A DNA stretch of 64,000 nucleotides from Candidatus Latescibacterota bacterium (GTDB lineage: Bacteria > Latescibacterota > UBA2968 > GCA-2709665). A model generated the notes under the pieces. The model had not been told where the DNA came from and ran no database searches. It saw nothing but the letters and a program-made list of their open reading frames with translations. The stretch covers positions 4,192,001 to 4,256,000 of the forward strand of contig OZ244937.1 in assembly GCA_965222075.1 (NCBI GenBank). Direction: 5' to 3'. A program made the translations under genes and the position numbers. Position 1 is the first letter of the stretch. Each line of letters opens with the position of its first letter. Shown in pieces: positions 46,483 through 55,871 of the stretch.

Positions 46483-48282
46483 TCAGGTGTCTATACTCAG
46501 AACGGCCAGGAAGGCTTCTTGTGGGATTTCCACATTGCCGACCTGCTTCATGCGTTTTTTCCCTTCTCTCTGTCTCTCCAGGAGCTTCCGCTTCCGGGTG
46601 ACATCTCCCCCGTAACATTTGGCCGTGACATTTTTCCGGAATGGCCTTATCGATTCCCTGGCGACGACTTTTTTTCCGATTGCGGCCTGAATGATCACTT
46701 CAAACATCTGGCGGGGGATCAGTTCCACCAGCTTCTGGCAGATCGCCTTGCCCCATTCATAAGCTTTGTCCCGGTGGACAATGGCCGAGAGCGCATCGAC
46801 CGGGTCGCCATTGATGAGCAGGTCGAGCTTGACCAGGTTGGAGGGGCGGTGCGCTTTGTACTCATAATCGAAGGAGGCGTAGCCCCGGCTGACCGATTTG
46901 AGGCGATCGTAGAAGTCGAGGACGATTTCCGAAAGGGGTAGTTCGTAGCGCAGTAGCGCCCGCGTGGGGTCGATGTATTCGGTGGTGATGTAGACCCCCC
47001 GCCGGTCCTGTGCCAGCTGCATAATACTTCCCACATATTCCGAGGGGACCAGGATCTGGGCGTCGAGGATCGGTTCGGTGACTTCCTCGATCTGCCCTGG
47101 CGGTGGCATCTGGGCGGGACTGTGGACCTCGATTACTTCACCGTCGGTGAGCAGGACACCGTACTCTACGTTGGGCACAGTGGCGATGATTTCCATGTCG
47201 AATTCTCTGGCGAGCCGCTCCTGGACGATTTCCATGTGGAGGAGGCCCAGGAATCCGCACCGGAAGCCGAATCCGAGCGCCGTGGAGGTTTCCGGATCGT
47301 AGCGGATTGAGGCGTCGTTCAGATGGAGTTTTTCCAGCGCAGCGCGGAGGTTTTCGTAGTCGTCGGAATTGACAGGGTAGAGGCCCGCAAAGACCATCGG
47401 TTTGACCTCTCTGTAGCCGGGCAGGGGGGTATCGGCAGGGCGTTGGACGCCGGTGACGGTATCGCCCATGTGCGCATCTTTTAGGTCTTTTATTCCGGCG
47501 ATGAGATAGCCCACCTCACCGGCCCGCAGGACTTTCCGTCCGACCCGTCCCAGCCTGAGGATGCCGATCTCTTCGGCGCCGTAGTCCCGGCCAGTGGAGA
47601 AGAAGCGGACCGGCATCCCCTCCTCCAGGGTGCCTTCAAATACCCGCAGGTAGGCCATGACGCCCCGGTAGCGGTCGAAGACGGAGTCGAAGACCAGGGC
47701 TTTCAGCGGCGCATCCGGATCGCCCTGGGGGGGGGGAATCCGATCAATGATGGCCTCGAAGATCGTTTCAATGCCGATGTCCTGTTTGGCGCTGATTTTG
47801 AGGATCTCCGATTCTTCGACCCCCAGCAGGTCGTGGATCTGCATCACCACCCGGTCGATTTCCGCGTTGGGCAGGTCGATTTTGTTGATGACGGGAATCA
47901 GTGTCAGGTCATGTTCTAAGGCGAGGAGGACGTTGCTGACGGTCTGCGCTTCAACGCCCTGGGCGGCGTCCACCAGCAGGAGCGCCCCTTCGCAGGCGGT
48001 GAGGCTGCGGGAGACCTCGTAGGAGAAGTCGACGTGCCCTGGCGTGTCGATCAGGTTGAGGACATAGCTTTGACCGTCGGGCGCCTGGTAGTCCATCCGG
48101 ACGGCGTGGGATTTGATGGTGATCCCCCGTTCGCGCTCTAAGTCCATGTTGTCCAGGACCTGATCCATCATCTCCTTCTGAGAGAGGGTGAGGGTGCGCT
48201 CCAGGAATCGGTCGGCTAAGGTGGATTTCCCGTGGTCGATATGGGCGATGATCGAAAAGTTTCGAATCTGCCGGACGTCCAT
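46483..48282 (-). CDS. lepA: Translation elongation factor 4
   Basis: [55 protein letters not shown]. Confidence 0.99.
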   Translation of the reverse strand: MDVRQIRNFSIIAHIDHGKSTLADRFLERTLTLSQKEMMDQVLDNMDLERERGITIKSHAVRMDYQAPDGQSYVLNLIDTPGHVDFSYEVSRSLTACEGALLLVDAAQGVEAQTVSNVLLALEHDLTLIPVINKIDLPNAEIDRVVMQIHDLLGVEESEILKISAKQDIGIETIFEAIIDRIPPPQGDPDAPLKALVFDSVFDRYRGVMAYLRVFEGTLEEGMPVRFFSTGRDYGAEEIGILRLGRVGRKVLRAGEVGYLIAGIKDLKDAHMGDTVTGVQRPADTPLPGYREVKPMVFAGLYPVNSDDYENLRAALEKLHLNDASIRYDPETSTALGFGFRCGFLGLLHMEIVQERLAREFDMEIIATVPNVEYGVLLTDGEVIEVHSPAQMPPPGQIEEVTEPILDAQILVPSEYVGSIMQLAQDRRGVYITTEYIDPTRALLRYELPLSEIVLDFYDRLKSVSRGYASFDYEYKAHRPSNLVKLDLLINGDPVDALSAIVHRDKAYEWGKAICQKLVELIPRQMFEVIIQAAIGKKVVARESIRPFRKNVTAKCYGGDVTRKRKLLERQREGKKRMKQVGNVEIPQEAFLAVLSIDT

Positions 48283-48342
48283 CTTCTGGATTTTCCTAAA
48301 AATGGAGACAAGTCTAAAAAACTCAAGGGAGTAGAGCTTTCA

Positions 48343-48371
48343 AATATACTGTCTTATACAGATAAAGTCAA
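48343..48371 (-). promoter_or_regulatory. Sigma70 promoter of the lepA operon
   Basis: Minus strand TTGACT-17 nt-TATATT. Confidence 0.65.
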
Positions 48372-48508
48372 CTCTCACGCAGGGTCGACATTTATTGATA
48401 TTACACGCCTGGAACTGACTCCAGAAAGCGTCGCACAGGTCCCTGTTCCGTATGTATCTTGCGGCTGAAGGGTGTTGAAGAACGATTCCGGGGCCTTTTT
48501 CTATACGC

Positions 48509-48537
48509 TTGCATTTCCATGCTGACCGCATTATCTT
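48509..48537 (+). promoter_or_regulatory. Possible sigma70 promoter for the Gfo/OSBS pair
   Basis: TTGCAT-17 nt-TATCTT. Confidence 0.4.
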
Positions 48538-48571
48538 CCAGGCGTAGCTTGACAAGGAGAGAAGAGATTCG

Positions 48572-49786
48572 ATGTCCACGCTTCGCATCGCTGTCTTAGG
48601 CGCAGGCGCCGGGCCCGGTTCTCGCGCACGGCAGTTTCTCTCGACGATTGTGCGCCTGACCGACCACTACGAACTGGCCGCCGTCTGTGATCGCAACCCG
48701 GATGTGCTTCAAGAAGTGGGCGTCCAGTATGGTGTGGAGGCCCGCTATGGGGATGTACGCGCCCTTTTTGAGGCGGAGAAGCCGGATATTGTGCTTTCTC
48801 TGACGCCTAAGGACTCGCATATTGTGATGGCGCTGACCGCCGCGCGACACGGGGCGCACGTGATTACGGAGATTCCGGTGGCGCTGACGCGCCGATACGC
48901 CGGGGCGGTTGCGCAGGCGTGCCGCGAACACGGGGTGCTGTGGGAAGTGGCCGAGCAGGTCTGGCTCTGGCCACAGGAGCGCCTGAAGCGGCGGATCATC
49001 GAGTCCGGGCTGCTGGGCGGAGTCACCCACGCACGGCTGTGGTACCTGACTGGACAGTACCACGGCTTCAGCGCAATTCGGGCGCTGCTGGGCGTTGAGG
49101 CGGCGCGTGTGCTGGGCTACTGCGGCGAGGTGGAGACCGAGCCCTACGCGGCCTACGGCGGTGAACCGGAGTCGACGGTGCAGTGGGAGACTGCCGTGAT
49201 CGAGTTCGCCGGAGACGCGGTGTGCCTGTTTGAGAAGCCGCCCCGGATCTTTCCGTCGGCTCCCCACAATTTTCCAGTCGGGTGGCAGGTTGAGGGCCCG
49301 CGAGGACACCTGGACCGGAACCGGCTTACGCTGTACGGGAAAAACGAATCCAAGGTGTATGAGATCTCAGAGCAGTACGTTGAGATGGACGGGGAAAGGG
49401 TGCTGGAGGCCGTTCGGGTGGAGACCGACCCGCCGGTGGTCTGGGAAAATCCTTTCACGCCGTATCGGATCGGGTCTCTCGACGATGTGGCGCAGGCGAG
49501 TATTCTCACCAGTTTCCACAAAGCCATCACCGAGGGGGGGAGGCCGCAGTACGGTTATGAAAACGGCCTCCGGGACTATGAACTCAGCCTTGCAGTCCGC
49601 GAAAGCGCCCGCCTCGGGAACGCCTGGGTTACGCTGCCGCTGGGCGGGCCGACGGAACTGGAGCAACAGATCGAGGCGGAGTTCGTGCGCCGCTACGGGC
49701 ACGATCCAATCGAGGAGACCGAGGCGCTCTTAGATGCACCCTTTGAACGGTCCGCGACGCTCTGGCCTTTCGCGCACTGGCTCTAA
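48572..49786 (+). CDS. Gfo/Idh/MocA family oxidoreductase
   Basis: RIAVLGAG, AVCD, PDIV...H, HVITEIP at the EKP position, WEVAEQ. Confidence 0.85.
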   Translation: MSTLRIAVLGAGAGPGSRARQFLSTIVRLTDHYELAAVCDRNPDVLQEVGVQYGVEARYGDVRALFEAEKPDIVLSLTPKDSHIVMALTAARHGAHVITEIPVALTRRYAGAVAQACREHGVLWEVAEQVWLWPQERLKRRIIESGLLGGVTHARLWYLTGQYHGFSAIRALLGVEAARVLGYCGEVETEPYAAYGGEPESTVQWETAVIEFAGDAVCLFEKPPRIFPSAPHNFPVGWQVEGPRGHLDRNRLTLYGKNESKVYEISEQYVEMDGERVLEAVRVETDPPVVWENPFTPYRIGSLDDVAQASILTSFHKAITEGGRPQYGYENGLRDYELSLAVRESARLGNAWVTLPLGGPTELEQQIEAEFVRRYGHDPIEETEALLDAPFERSATLWPFAHWL

Positions 49787-49803
49787 ACCCTGGAGGGGGT
49801 TCG

Positions 49804-50916
49804 GTGAAGATCGAGTTCGCAGAGATCCGCTACATCGAGCTACCGCTGATTTCTCCCTGGCGAACGGCCTACGGGGAGGATGCGGCGATCCATTCGGTGA
49901 TGGTCCGGCTTTCGGGTGGGGGCGAGGAGGCGTGGGGGGAGTCTACACCGTTTTATGCGCCGACATATTCTCCCGAGTCTGCCCGGTCGGTGTACGAGAC
50001 GGCCAGGGAATTTTTTCTGCCTCGCCTGGTGGGAAGGGAGGTGGATTCGGCGGGTGAATTGATGGACCGGATTGCAGTTTTCAAGGGCAATCCGTTTGCA
50101 AAGGCGGCCGTGGAGACGGCCTGGTGGGCGCTGCACAGCAGGCTTCTGGGCCAGCCCCTGTGGCGGGTGCTGGGGGCACAGCAGCCGGTTGTCCGGTGCG
50201 GAGCGGATTTCGGGGTGCAAGAGGGGATCGACGACCTGCTGGGGCTGATTCAGGGGGCGGTGGACGCGGGCTACCCCAGGGTCAAGCTGAAGGTCCGGCA
50301 CGGGTGGGATGTTGAGATGTTAGAGACGGTCCGGTCGGCGTTTCCCGATCCGGTTTTTCACGTGGACTGTAATTCGGGATACGATCTGGGTGAGGATATC
50401 GACACGCTCCGGGCGTTCGATCGGTTCAACTTAGCGATGATCGAACAGCCCCTGTTCCACACGGACCTGATCGAACATGCCGAGCTGCAAAAGCAGATTG
50501 AGACGCCCGTCTGTTTAGACGAGTCGATTAAGGATGTGCGGGATTTCAGGCTGGCGCTGAAGATCGGGGCCTGCCGGGTGGTGAACGTGAAGCCGGGCCG
50601 TGTGGGGGGGCTGCACAATGCGGTGCAGATTCACGATATGGCCAGAGAGGAAGGGATGGAGGCCTGGGTGGGTGGGATGCTGGAGAGTGGGGTGGGCGCG
50701 GGCATTTGCGCGGCGCTTGGTACGCTGCCCGGTTTTACCTATCCGGCGGACGTGTTTCCCTCCAGCAGGTTTTACACGGAGGACATCACCGAACGCTGGA
50801 TCGAGCAAGACGAGGGCTGCTGCGTGGTCTTAGACGAGACGCCCGGCGTGGGGTTCGACCCGGTCCCGGAACGGCTGGATGGGGTGACGCTGTTTCAAGA
50901 GGTGTTTGAGGAGTAG
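49804..50916 (+). CDS. o-succinylbenzoate synthase / N-acylamino acid racemase family enolase-superfamily enzyme
   Basis: GEST...PTYSPE, KLK, VDCN, IEQP, LDES, NVKPGRVGG, WVGGMLESG. No other men genes nearby. Confidence 0.85.
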   Translation: MKIEFAEIRYIELPLISPWRTAYGEDAAIHSVMVRLSGGGEEAWGESTPFYAPTYSPESARSVYETAREFFLPRLVGREVDSAGELMDRIAVFKGNPFAKAAVETAWWALHSRLLGQPLWRVLGAQQPVVRCGADFGVQEGIDDLLGLIQGAVDAGYPRVKLKVRHGWDVEMLETVRSAFPDPVFHVDCNSGYDLGEDIDTLRAFDRFNLAMIEQPLFHTDLIEHAELQKQIETPVCLDESIKDVRDFRLALKIGACRVVNVKPGRVGGLHNAVQIHDMAREEGMEAWVGGMLESGVGAGICAALGTLPGFTYPADVFPSSRFYTEDITERWIEQDEGCCVVLDETPGVGFDPVPERLDGVTLFQEVFEE

Positions 50917-51093
50917 ACGGCAGGCGATGTTATGTGGGTATCCACATTTTAAAATGAAGGAGAGGATATACGGTGGCGTCCGAGACGCCTTCACAAGACG
51001 AAAGACGCAGGGCACACCACATCCAATTGAGGCTTCCGGTCCCAGGGCCGGGGTGGGCAGCGGCGAGTACCAGGACCTGGAAGTAGTGGATCT

Positions 51094-51113
51094 GGGCACA
51101 GCGTGCTGTGCCC
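51094..51113. repeat. Second REP-like palindrome
   Basis: GGGCACAGC-GT-GCTGTGCCC, homologous to 32076-32095, followed by a T run; lies between convergent genes. Confidence 0.65.
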
Positions 51114-51126
51114 CTGTTTTTATATG

Positions 51127-52128
51127 TTATTCGATTTTTAAAAATTCGCCTTCCTGCCGGGCAGAGGTTTCGGCCATGATGCAGGCCTTTGCAACGGCCA
51201 AGACGTCGGTGGTGGAGATGGTGTTTTCGCGACCGCTGGAGAAGGCGTCGATCATGGTTTCGACAAAAACGCCGTTGCGTTCGGGGGGAAACTCGGGCTG
51301 GTAGGCTCCCCTGCCGTCGGCGACGATGAGGAGGCTGTCGGCGGTGTAGGCCCGCAGGTGCGCCGAACCCACCGTGCCCATGAGGATGAAGCGGGTGTCG
51401 CCAAAGGAGGGGGAGTCCTGGGGCGTGAGCCAGTCGGCGGTGAGGAGGGCAGAGGAACCGTTGCTCAACCGGTACGAGGCCTGGATGTGGTCCATTTCTA
51501 TTTTTCGAGGCGGGTGGGTGTGTTTTTTGCAGGTGCCGACCGCGTGGACACCGACGCATTCTGCGCCCGTGAGCCATCGTATCTGGTCCACGCCGTGACA
51601 GCCAACGTCGTGGAAGGTGCCGACGTAGAGGTTCGGGTCGAAGTACCAGGGGGGTGCCCAGTCCCCCAGCTTGTGCGGGTGCGTGGAGATGAGGCTGACG
51701 ATTTCTCCCAGGACCCCATCCAAGACTGCCTCCCGCAGGGCGATAAAGGGAGGGTAATTGCGGGAGGTGAAGAACATGGTGAGGCGGGTGTTGTGGGTTT
51801 CGACGGCGGTCTTGATGCGCTGCCAGTCTTCTAAGGAGCGGCAGAGGGGTTTGTCTAAGAAGACGTGGGCACCGGCAGAGGCGCAGGTTTCGATCATTTC
51901 GACTTTTTCGTGTTGGGCGAGCCCTTCCATCACGATTTCGGGTCTGGCTTCTTCCAGCATGGCGCTTAGGGTTGGATAGCGGGGAATCTTGGTGTCTTCG
52001 GTATACTTCTGGTAGAGGGCGTCGTCCGGTTCAACGATGCCGACGATTTCGCCGTTCGGGGCGTTGACAGCCGACCGGAACATGCCGCTGATGTGTCCGT
52101 AATGGACACCCATAATGCCGATTCGCAT
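51127..52128 (-). CDS. Gfo/Idh/MocA family oxidoreductase
   Basis: MRIGIMG, HVFLDKP, DVGCHGVD...WLTG. Confidence 0.87.
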   Translation of the reverse strand: MRIGIMGVHYGHISGMFRSAVNAPNGEIVGIVEPDDALYQKYTEDTKIPRYPTLSAMLEEARPEIVMEGLAQHEKVEMIETCASAGAHVFLDKPLCRSLEDWQRIKTAVETHNTRLTMFFTSRNYPPFIALREAVLDGVLGEIVSLISTHPHKLGDWAPPWYFDPNLYVGTFHDVGCHGVDQIRWLTGAECVGVHAVGTCKKHTHPPRKIEMDHIQASYRLSNGSSALLTADWLTPQDSPSFGDTRFILMGTVGSAHLRAYTADSLLIVADGRGAYQPEFPPERNGVFVETMIDAFSSGRENTISTTDVLAVAKACIMAETSARQEGEFLKIE

Positions 52129-52188
52129 GGATGACTCCTTGACGTGGTTTGGACTTGCGCGTTTATGTTTTGCTCGGGGAGTGAGGGC

Positions 52189-53313
52189 CTATACGCCTCC
52201 TGAAAACCGTTTGACTGCCTCCCGGTCGAGGTTGATGCCGAGGCCCGGGGCGGTGGGTATGGTGAGCATGCCGTCGTCGTTCAGTTTGAACGGCTCTGTC
52301 AGGATCGTTTCGATGTAGGGCGAGGGCGTGATGTATTCCACCCAGCGGGCGGTGGGGTTGGCCGCAGCCAGGTGGAGGTCGGCGGCCAGGCCCACGGCGG
52401 TATTCCAGCCATGGGTGACCAGGAGAACATTGTGGTCGCAGGCGGACCAGAGGATGCGCCGCACTTCGGAGATGCCTCCGACCTTGGTGGTGTCGGGCTG
52501 CACGATGTCGAGCGCGCCCCGCTCGATCCAGGGGATGAAGCTCTGCCGGCGGGTGAAGACCTCTCCAGACGCGATCAGAAGAGGCGCATGTTCTCTGAGC
52601 CGGGTGTAGCCTTCGATGTCGTCGGGGGGGAGCGCTTCTTCAAACCAGACAACATCGTGGTCGGCCAGCATGCGGGCGGTTTCGAGCGCCCACTTGTAGC
52701 CATGGGGCCAGAACTGCTCGCTGCCTCCGGCGTCGACCATGATCTCAACGTTGGGACCGACGGTTTCCCGGACCAGCCGGACCAGCCGCTCGTCGGTTTT
52801 CCGGTCGATGCGGCCGAAAGGTCCCCATCCGAGTTTGAAGGCCCGGAAGCCCCGTTCCACCGCCTTGAACAGGGTTTCCCGGAGGTCCTCCTCGGAGCGT
52901 TGGAAGAGGAGGGAGCCATAGGGTTTGATTTTTCCCCGGTAAGAGCCGCCCAGCAGCCGGCCGACCGGCTGTCCACAGGCTTTTCCGAGCAGGTCCCAGA
53001 GGGCGATGTCGATGCCGGATATGGCGTGAGTGACCGTGCCCCCCCTCCCCTGCCAGAAGGTCATCTGGTGGAGTTTTTCGGAGACGCGCTCTGGCTCCAG
53101 CGCAGACTCGCCGATCAGGTGGGGACGGAGGAGGCCGAGCGCGCCTTCGACAAGGGCCTGGCTGGTGAAGCAACTCCCCAGGCCGACCAGGCCCTCGTCG
53201 GTTTCGACTTCGACGAGGGTGTTCATGTTTTCGGAGGGGTCGGTGCCTTGCGACCAGCCGGTGTCGGGGGTTTCCCCGAAGAGGGGGATGGTGCGGATGT
53301 GGGTGATTTGCAT
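52189..53313 (-). CDS. Mandelate racemase/muconate lactonizing enzyme family (acid-sugar dehydratase-like)
   Basis: VETDEG..G.G, AISGIDIALWDLLGK, MVDA, WFEE, SGE, VQPD..KVGG, H in VTHG, PTAPGLG. Confidence 0.9.
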   Translation of the reverse strand: MQITHIRTIPLFGETPDTGWSQGTDPSENMNTLVEVETDEGLVGLGSCFTSQALVEGALGLLRPHLIGESALEPERVSEKLHQMTFWQGRGGTVTHAISGIDIALWDLLGKACGQPVGRLLGGSYRGKIKPYGSLLFQRSEEDLRETLFKAVERGFRAFKLGWGPFGRIDRKTDERLVRLVRETVGPNVEIMVDAGGSEQFWPHGYKWALETARMLADHDVVWFEEALPPDDIEGYTRLREHAPLLIASGEVFTRRQSFIPWIERGALDIVQPDTTKVGGISEVRRILWSACDHNVLLVTHGWNTAVGLAADLHLAAANPTARWVEYITPSPYIETILTEPFKLNDDGMLTIPTAPGLGINLDREAVKRFSGGV

Positions 53314-53391
53314 TGTAAATTCTCCTGGTAGAATACTGCCCGTTTAGTCGCTGATCGTGTCATCCGCCTGAATCCTGCCTCGGAGAGGAAG

Positions 53392-54165
53392 TCAGCTTGT
53401 CTTTATGTTTTTAAAGGGTGTCAGCAGCATCTTAAGGATGGTCTGTTCCTCTTTCAGTCCTTTGATTCCGTAGACGATGTCTTTCGGGTTTAGGACGATT
53501 CTGTAGGTTCTAAAGAGTCTGTCCCAGAGAGAGAGCAAGCTGGTGTAATTTGAATCGGTTTCAACCTTCAGGTCTGAATGGTGTACTTTGTGCATCAGAG
53601 GGGATGTCAAGAAGATTCGAAACCCTTTATCCAGTGTGTTTCCAATGGATATGTTGGCGTGGTGAAAAAGCACATTGGCCAAAAATACAGTTTCGTAAAC
53701 CAGAATGTAGTCCAGTTTCATTGCACATATGGCGTACAGACCACTTCGGATCAGGATGGTGATGATGTGCTCTCCGATGTGAAATCGGGATCCGGTTGTG
53801 ACGTCCATCTCAGTATCGGAATGGTGCATCCGGTGAAATCGCCACAAGAATGGAAGTTTGTGAAATAAGACATGCAGAATATAGGTTAAAGCGTCAATAA
53901 AGAGAATGGTCAGGATGAGTTCTACCTTCCAGTCCATGGATACCGTATTAAACAGGCCCCACGATGTGTCAGTTGAAAGGACGATGAGAGGGATTAGCAA
54001 CAGATTGGTGATGACCGCATTAAATGCGATGACACCGATGTTTCTAACGGCATGTAGAGATTTGTTTTTGAAGGTGTCAAAATAGGGGAACAGACATTCC
54101 AGTATGTAGAGAATCATCAGGAACAAAATCAGGATCAGGTCTTTCTCTGTTTTGGTTATAACCAT
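53392..54165 (-). CDS. Sterol desaturase/fatty acid hydroxylase superfamily membrane protein
   Basis: His boxes HVLFH, HRMHH, FHHAN and HKVHH; SNY...WDRLF; visibly AT-rich. Confidence 0.88.
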   Translation of the reverse strand: MVITKTEKDLILILFLMILYILECLFPYFDTFKNKSLHAVRNIGVIAFNAVITNLLLIPLIVLSTDTSWGLFNTVSMDWKVELILTILFIDALTYILHVLFHKLPFLWRFHRMHHSDTEMDVTTGSRFHIGEHIITILIRSGLYAICAMKLDYILVYETVFLANVLFHHANISIGNTLDKGFRIFLTSPLMHKVHHSDLKVETDSNYTSLLSLWDRLFRTYRIVLNPKDIVYGIKGLKEEQTILKMLLTPFKNIKTS

Positions 54166-54228
54166 AGTGACAACCCGCGCTTTGCCCCGTTCCGTTCAAA
54201 GAACGGGGCATCCTGGCATCCTCTCATG

Positions 54229-54261
54229 AAAAAGCCGAAGCCTCAACTGAGGGCTTCGGCT
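54229..54261 (-). terminator. Intrinsic terminator of the selenoprotein gene
   Basis: Minus strand AGCCGAAGCC...GGCTTCGGCT stem followed by TTTT, about 25 nt after the stop codon. Confidence 0.8.
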
Positions 54262-54284
54262 GTCTGCGCGCCATTCTTTCGACT

Positions 54285-54518
54285 TCAGAGCCGCTTCTGG
54301 ATGTACGGCTGGATCTCGTCGTATTCCGGGAACCTCCCTTCCTGGACCTTGGAGAAGACGAGGTCGCCGTCGATGCTGAATTCAAACCGCCCCTTGTCGG
54401 AGGGGACGAGGGTGAGGGATTCGATGTCCTGTTTGAACGCTTTCAAAATCGTGTCCGTCATACTGACGGCCTGGGGTTCATAGCCTCAAGCCGCGCAATA
54501 GATGAGTTCGAGTTTCAT
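54285..54518 (-). CDS. Rdx family (SelW/SelT/SelH-like) selenoprotein, 77 aa, with an in-frame UGA read as Sec
   Basis: Translated by hand: MKLELIYCAAUGYEPQAVSMTDTILKAFKQDIESLTLVPSDKGRFEFSIDGDLVFSKVQEGRFPEYDEIQPYIQKRL. CxxU with the TGA at 54486-54488; G.FE...DG..VFSK...GRFP family motif; AAGGAGG RBS. Absent from the ORF track. Confidence 0.92.
54455..54469 (-). promoter_or_regulatory. Bacterial SECIS-like hairpin
   Basis: mRNA CCGUCA-GUA-UGACGG; the apical loop starts with G, 22 nt downstream of the UGA. Confidence 0.7.
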
Positions 54519-54587
54519 CTCTCAATCCTCCTTCTGAAACAGTCGCTTTGGTTTTCCACCGGCAACACCGACGGATTCTAAGTTCCT

Positions 54588-54616
54588 AATATATCCGATC
54601 CAAGCTCGGTTGTCAA
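54588..54616 (-). promoter_or_regulatory. Sigma70 promoter of the selenoprotein gene
   Basis: Minus strand TTGACA-17 nt-TATATT. Confidence 0.75.
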
Positions 54617-54678
54617 ATCCTGTGGAGATCTCTGCTGTGAGGTGAGGAAGCGTCCAGCATATCCGGCCGGGATTCCGC

Positions 54679-54707
54679 TTGACGGAGGAGATGTGAGGCG
54701 TTAGATT
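54679..54707 (+). promoter_or_regulatory. Divergent promoter for the nucleoside hydrolase operon
   Basis: TTGACG-17 nt-TAGATT. Confidence 0.55.
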
Positions 54708-54767
54708 GCCTTCTCTTAGAAAACGCTATTTCAAGTGAGAAAAAGGGGTATCAAAGGGTGGCGCCGT

Positions 54768-54909
54768 CTGCTAGGCCTGCGACGAATTGATCCGGCAGGG
54801 GATGTGCTACCGGGCTGGAGAACTGGTTGAGACGGTGGCCGGGAAGCCGTTGAGCCACCGCGCACTGATGGCGCATTTGCGGGCGAAGTACGGGCCGCTT
54901 TAAGGAATT
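54768..54909 (+). pseudogene. Degenerate C-terminal remnant of an M32 carboxypeptidase
   Basis: LLGLRRI, then a frame change, then IRQGMCYRAGELVETVAGKPLSHRALMAHLRAKYGPL*GI. This resembles the M32 tail (LL.WLR..IH..G..Y...EL....TG.PL....L..YL..KY..LYG); the TAA sits at the LYG Tyr. Confidence 0.6.
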
Positions 54910-54914
54910 CAGGC

Positions 54915-55871
54915 ATGGGTTCGCTGCCGGTGATTCTGGATATGGACCCGGGGGTGGACGATGCGCTGGCGATGATGCTGGCGCTGGGGTCTCCGGAGAT
55001 AGAGGTGCTGGGGATCTCGACGGTGAACGGAAACGTCCCGCTGAGGGTGGGGACACAGAATGCGCTGCGGGTGCTGGGGCTGCTGGACCGGACCGATGCG
55101 CCGGTCTATCCGGGGGCGGACCGACCGCTTGTGCGCGATCCGGTCTACGCAACAGAGGTGCACGGCCCGGAGGGACTGGGAGAAGCCGTGCTGCCCGATC
55201 CGGATGTCCCGCCTGCGGGAGATGGGGTTGGGTTTCTGGTGGAGACGCTTTCGGCCCGCCCCGGGGAGGTGACGCTGATCGCGGTGGGGCCGCTGACGAA
55301 CTTAGCGCTGGCGGAGCAGCGGGTGCCGGGGGTGCTGTGTGAAGCGCGGCAGGTGATTGTGATGGGCGGGGCAATCAAAGAACCCGGGAATTCGACGCCG
55401 ACGGCGGAGTTCAATTTTTATGCCGATCCGGATGCGGCAGGGCAGGTGGTCCGGTCCGGGGCGCCGCTGACGCTGATGACGCTGGATGTGACGCGCCGGG
55501 TGGGCCTGGACGTTGAAGGGATTCAACATCGGGTGGCGCCGCTTGGAACACCAAAGGCGCGGTTTGTGGAGGCCGCGGTTCAATCGGCAATCGCCTATAC
55601 CAAACGGGTCTACGGGTACGCAGGCATCTACCTGCACGATCCCTTAGCCGTGGGACTGGCAATTGACCCGTCGCTTTTCAAGCTGGCGCCTGTTTTTTTA
55701 GAGGTGGAGACGGAGGGTCGGTTGACGGCGGGGCAGGCCGTGGCCGACCGGAGGCCGTTCCTGAAAGATGCGAATCGGAAGGGGCACCGGGTGATGTGTG
55801 CGGTTGAGGTGGAGGCGGAGCGGTTTTTGGAGTGGTTTCTGGAACGGGCACTGGGAGAGGTCAGACATTGA
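54915..55871 (+). CDS. Inosine/uridine-preferring nucleoside hydrolase
   Basis: DMDPGVDDA, GN, VHGPEGLG, VGPLTNLA, MGG...GN...AEFNFYADP, LHDP. Confidence 0.93.
   Translation: MGSLPVILDMDPGVDDALAMMLALGSPEIEVLGISTVNGNVPLRVGTQNALRVLGLLDRTDAPVYPGADRPLVRDPVYATEVHGPEGLGEAVLPDPDVPPAGDGVGFLVETLSARPGEVTLIAVGPLTNLALAEQRVPGVLCEARQVIVMGGAIKEPGNSTPTAEFNFYADPDAAGQVVRSGAPLTLMTLDVTRRVGLDVEGIQHRVAPLGTPKARFVEAAVQSAIAYTKRVYGYAGIYLHDPLAVGLAIDPSLFKLAPVFLEVETEGRLTAGQAVADRRPFLKDANRKGHRVMCAVEVEAERFLEWFLERALGEVRH

Noticed and set aside
48232-48588. Small ORFs in the lepA-Gfo intergenic region
   Set aside because: They overlap promoter elements and have no RBS or recognisable motifs.
50906-51304. 132-aa ORF across the convergent spacer
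   Set aside because: It runs through the REP palindrome and antisense into the Gfo gene; no family similarity recognised.
54226-54483. 85-aa plus-strand ORF
   Set aside because: Antisense to the selenoprotein gene, which has an RBS, promoter, family motifs and a terminator.
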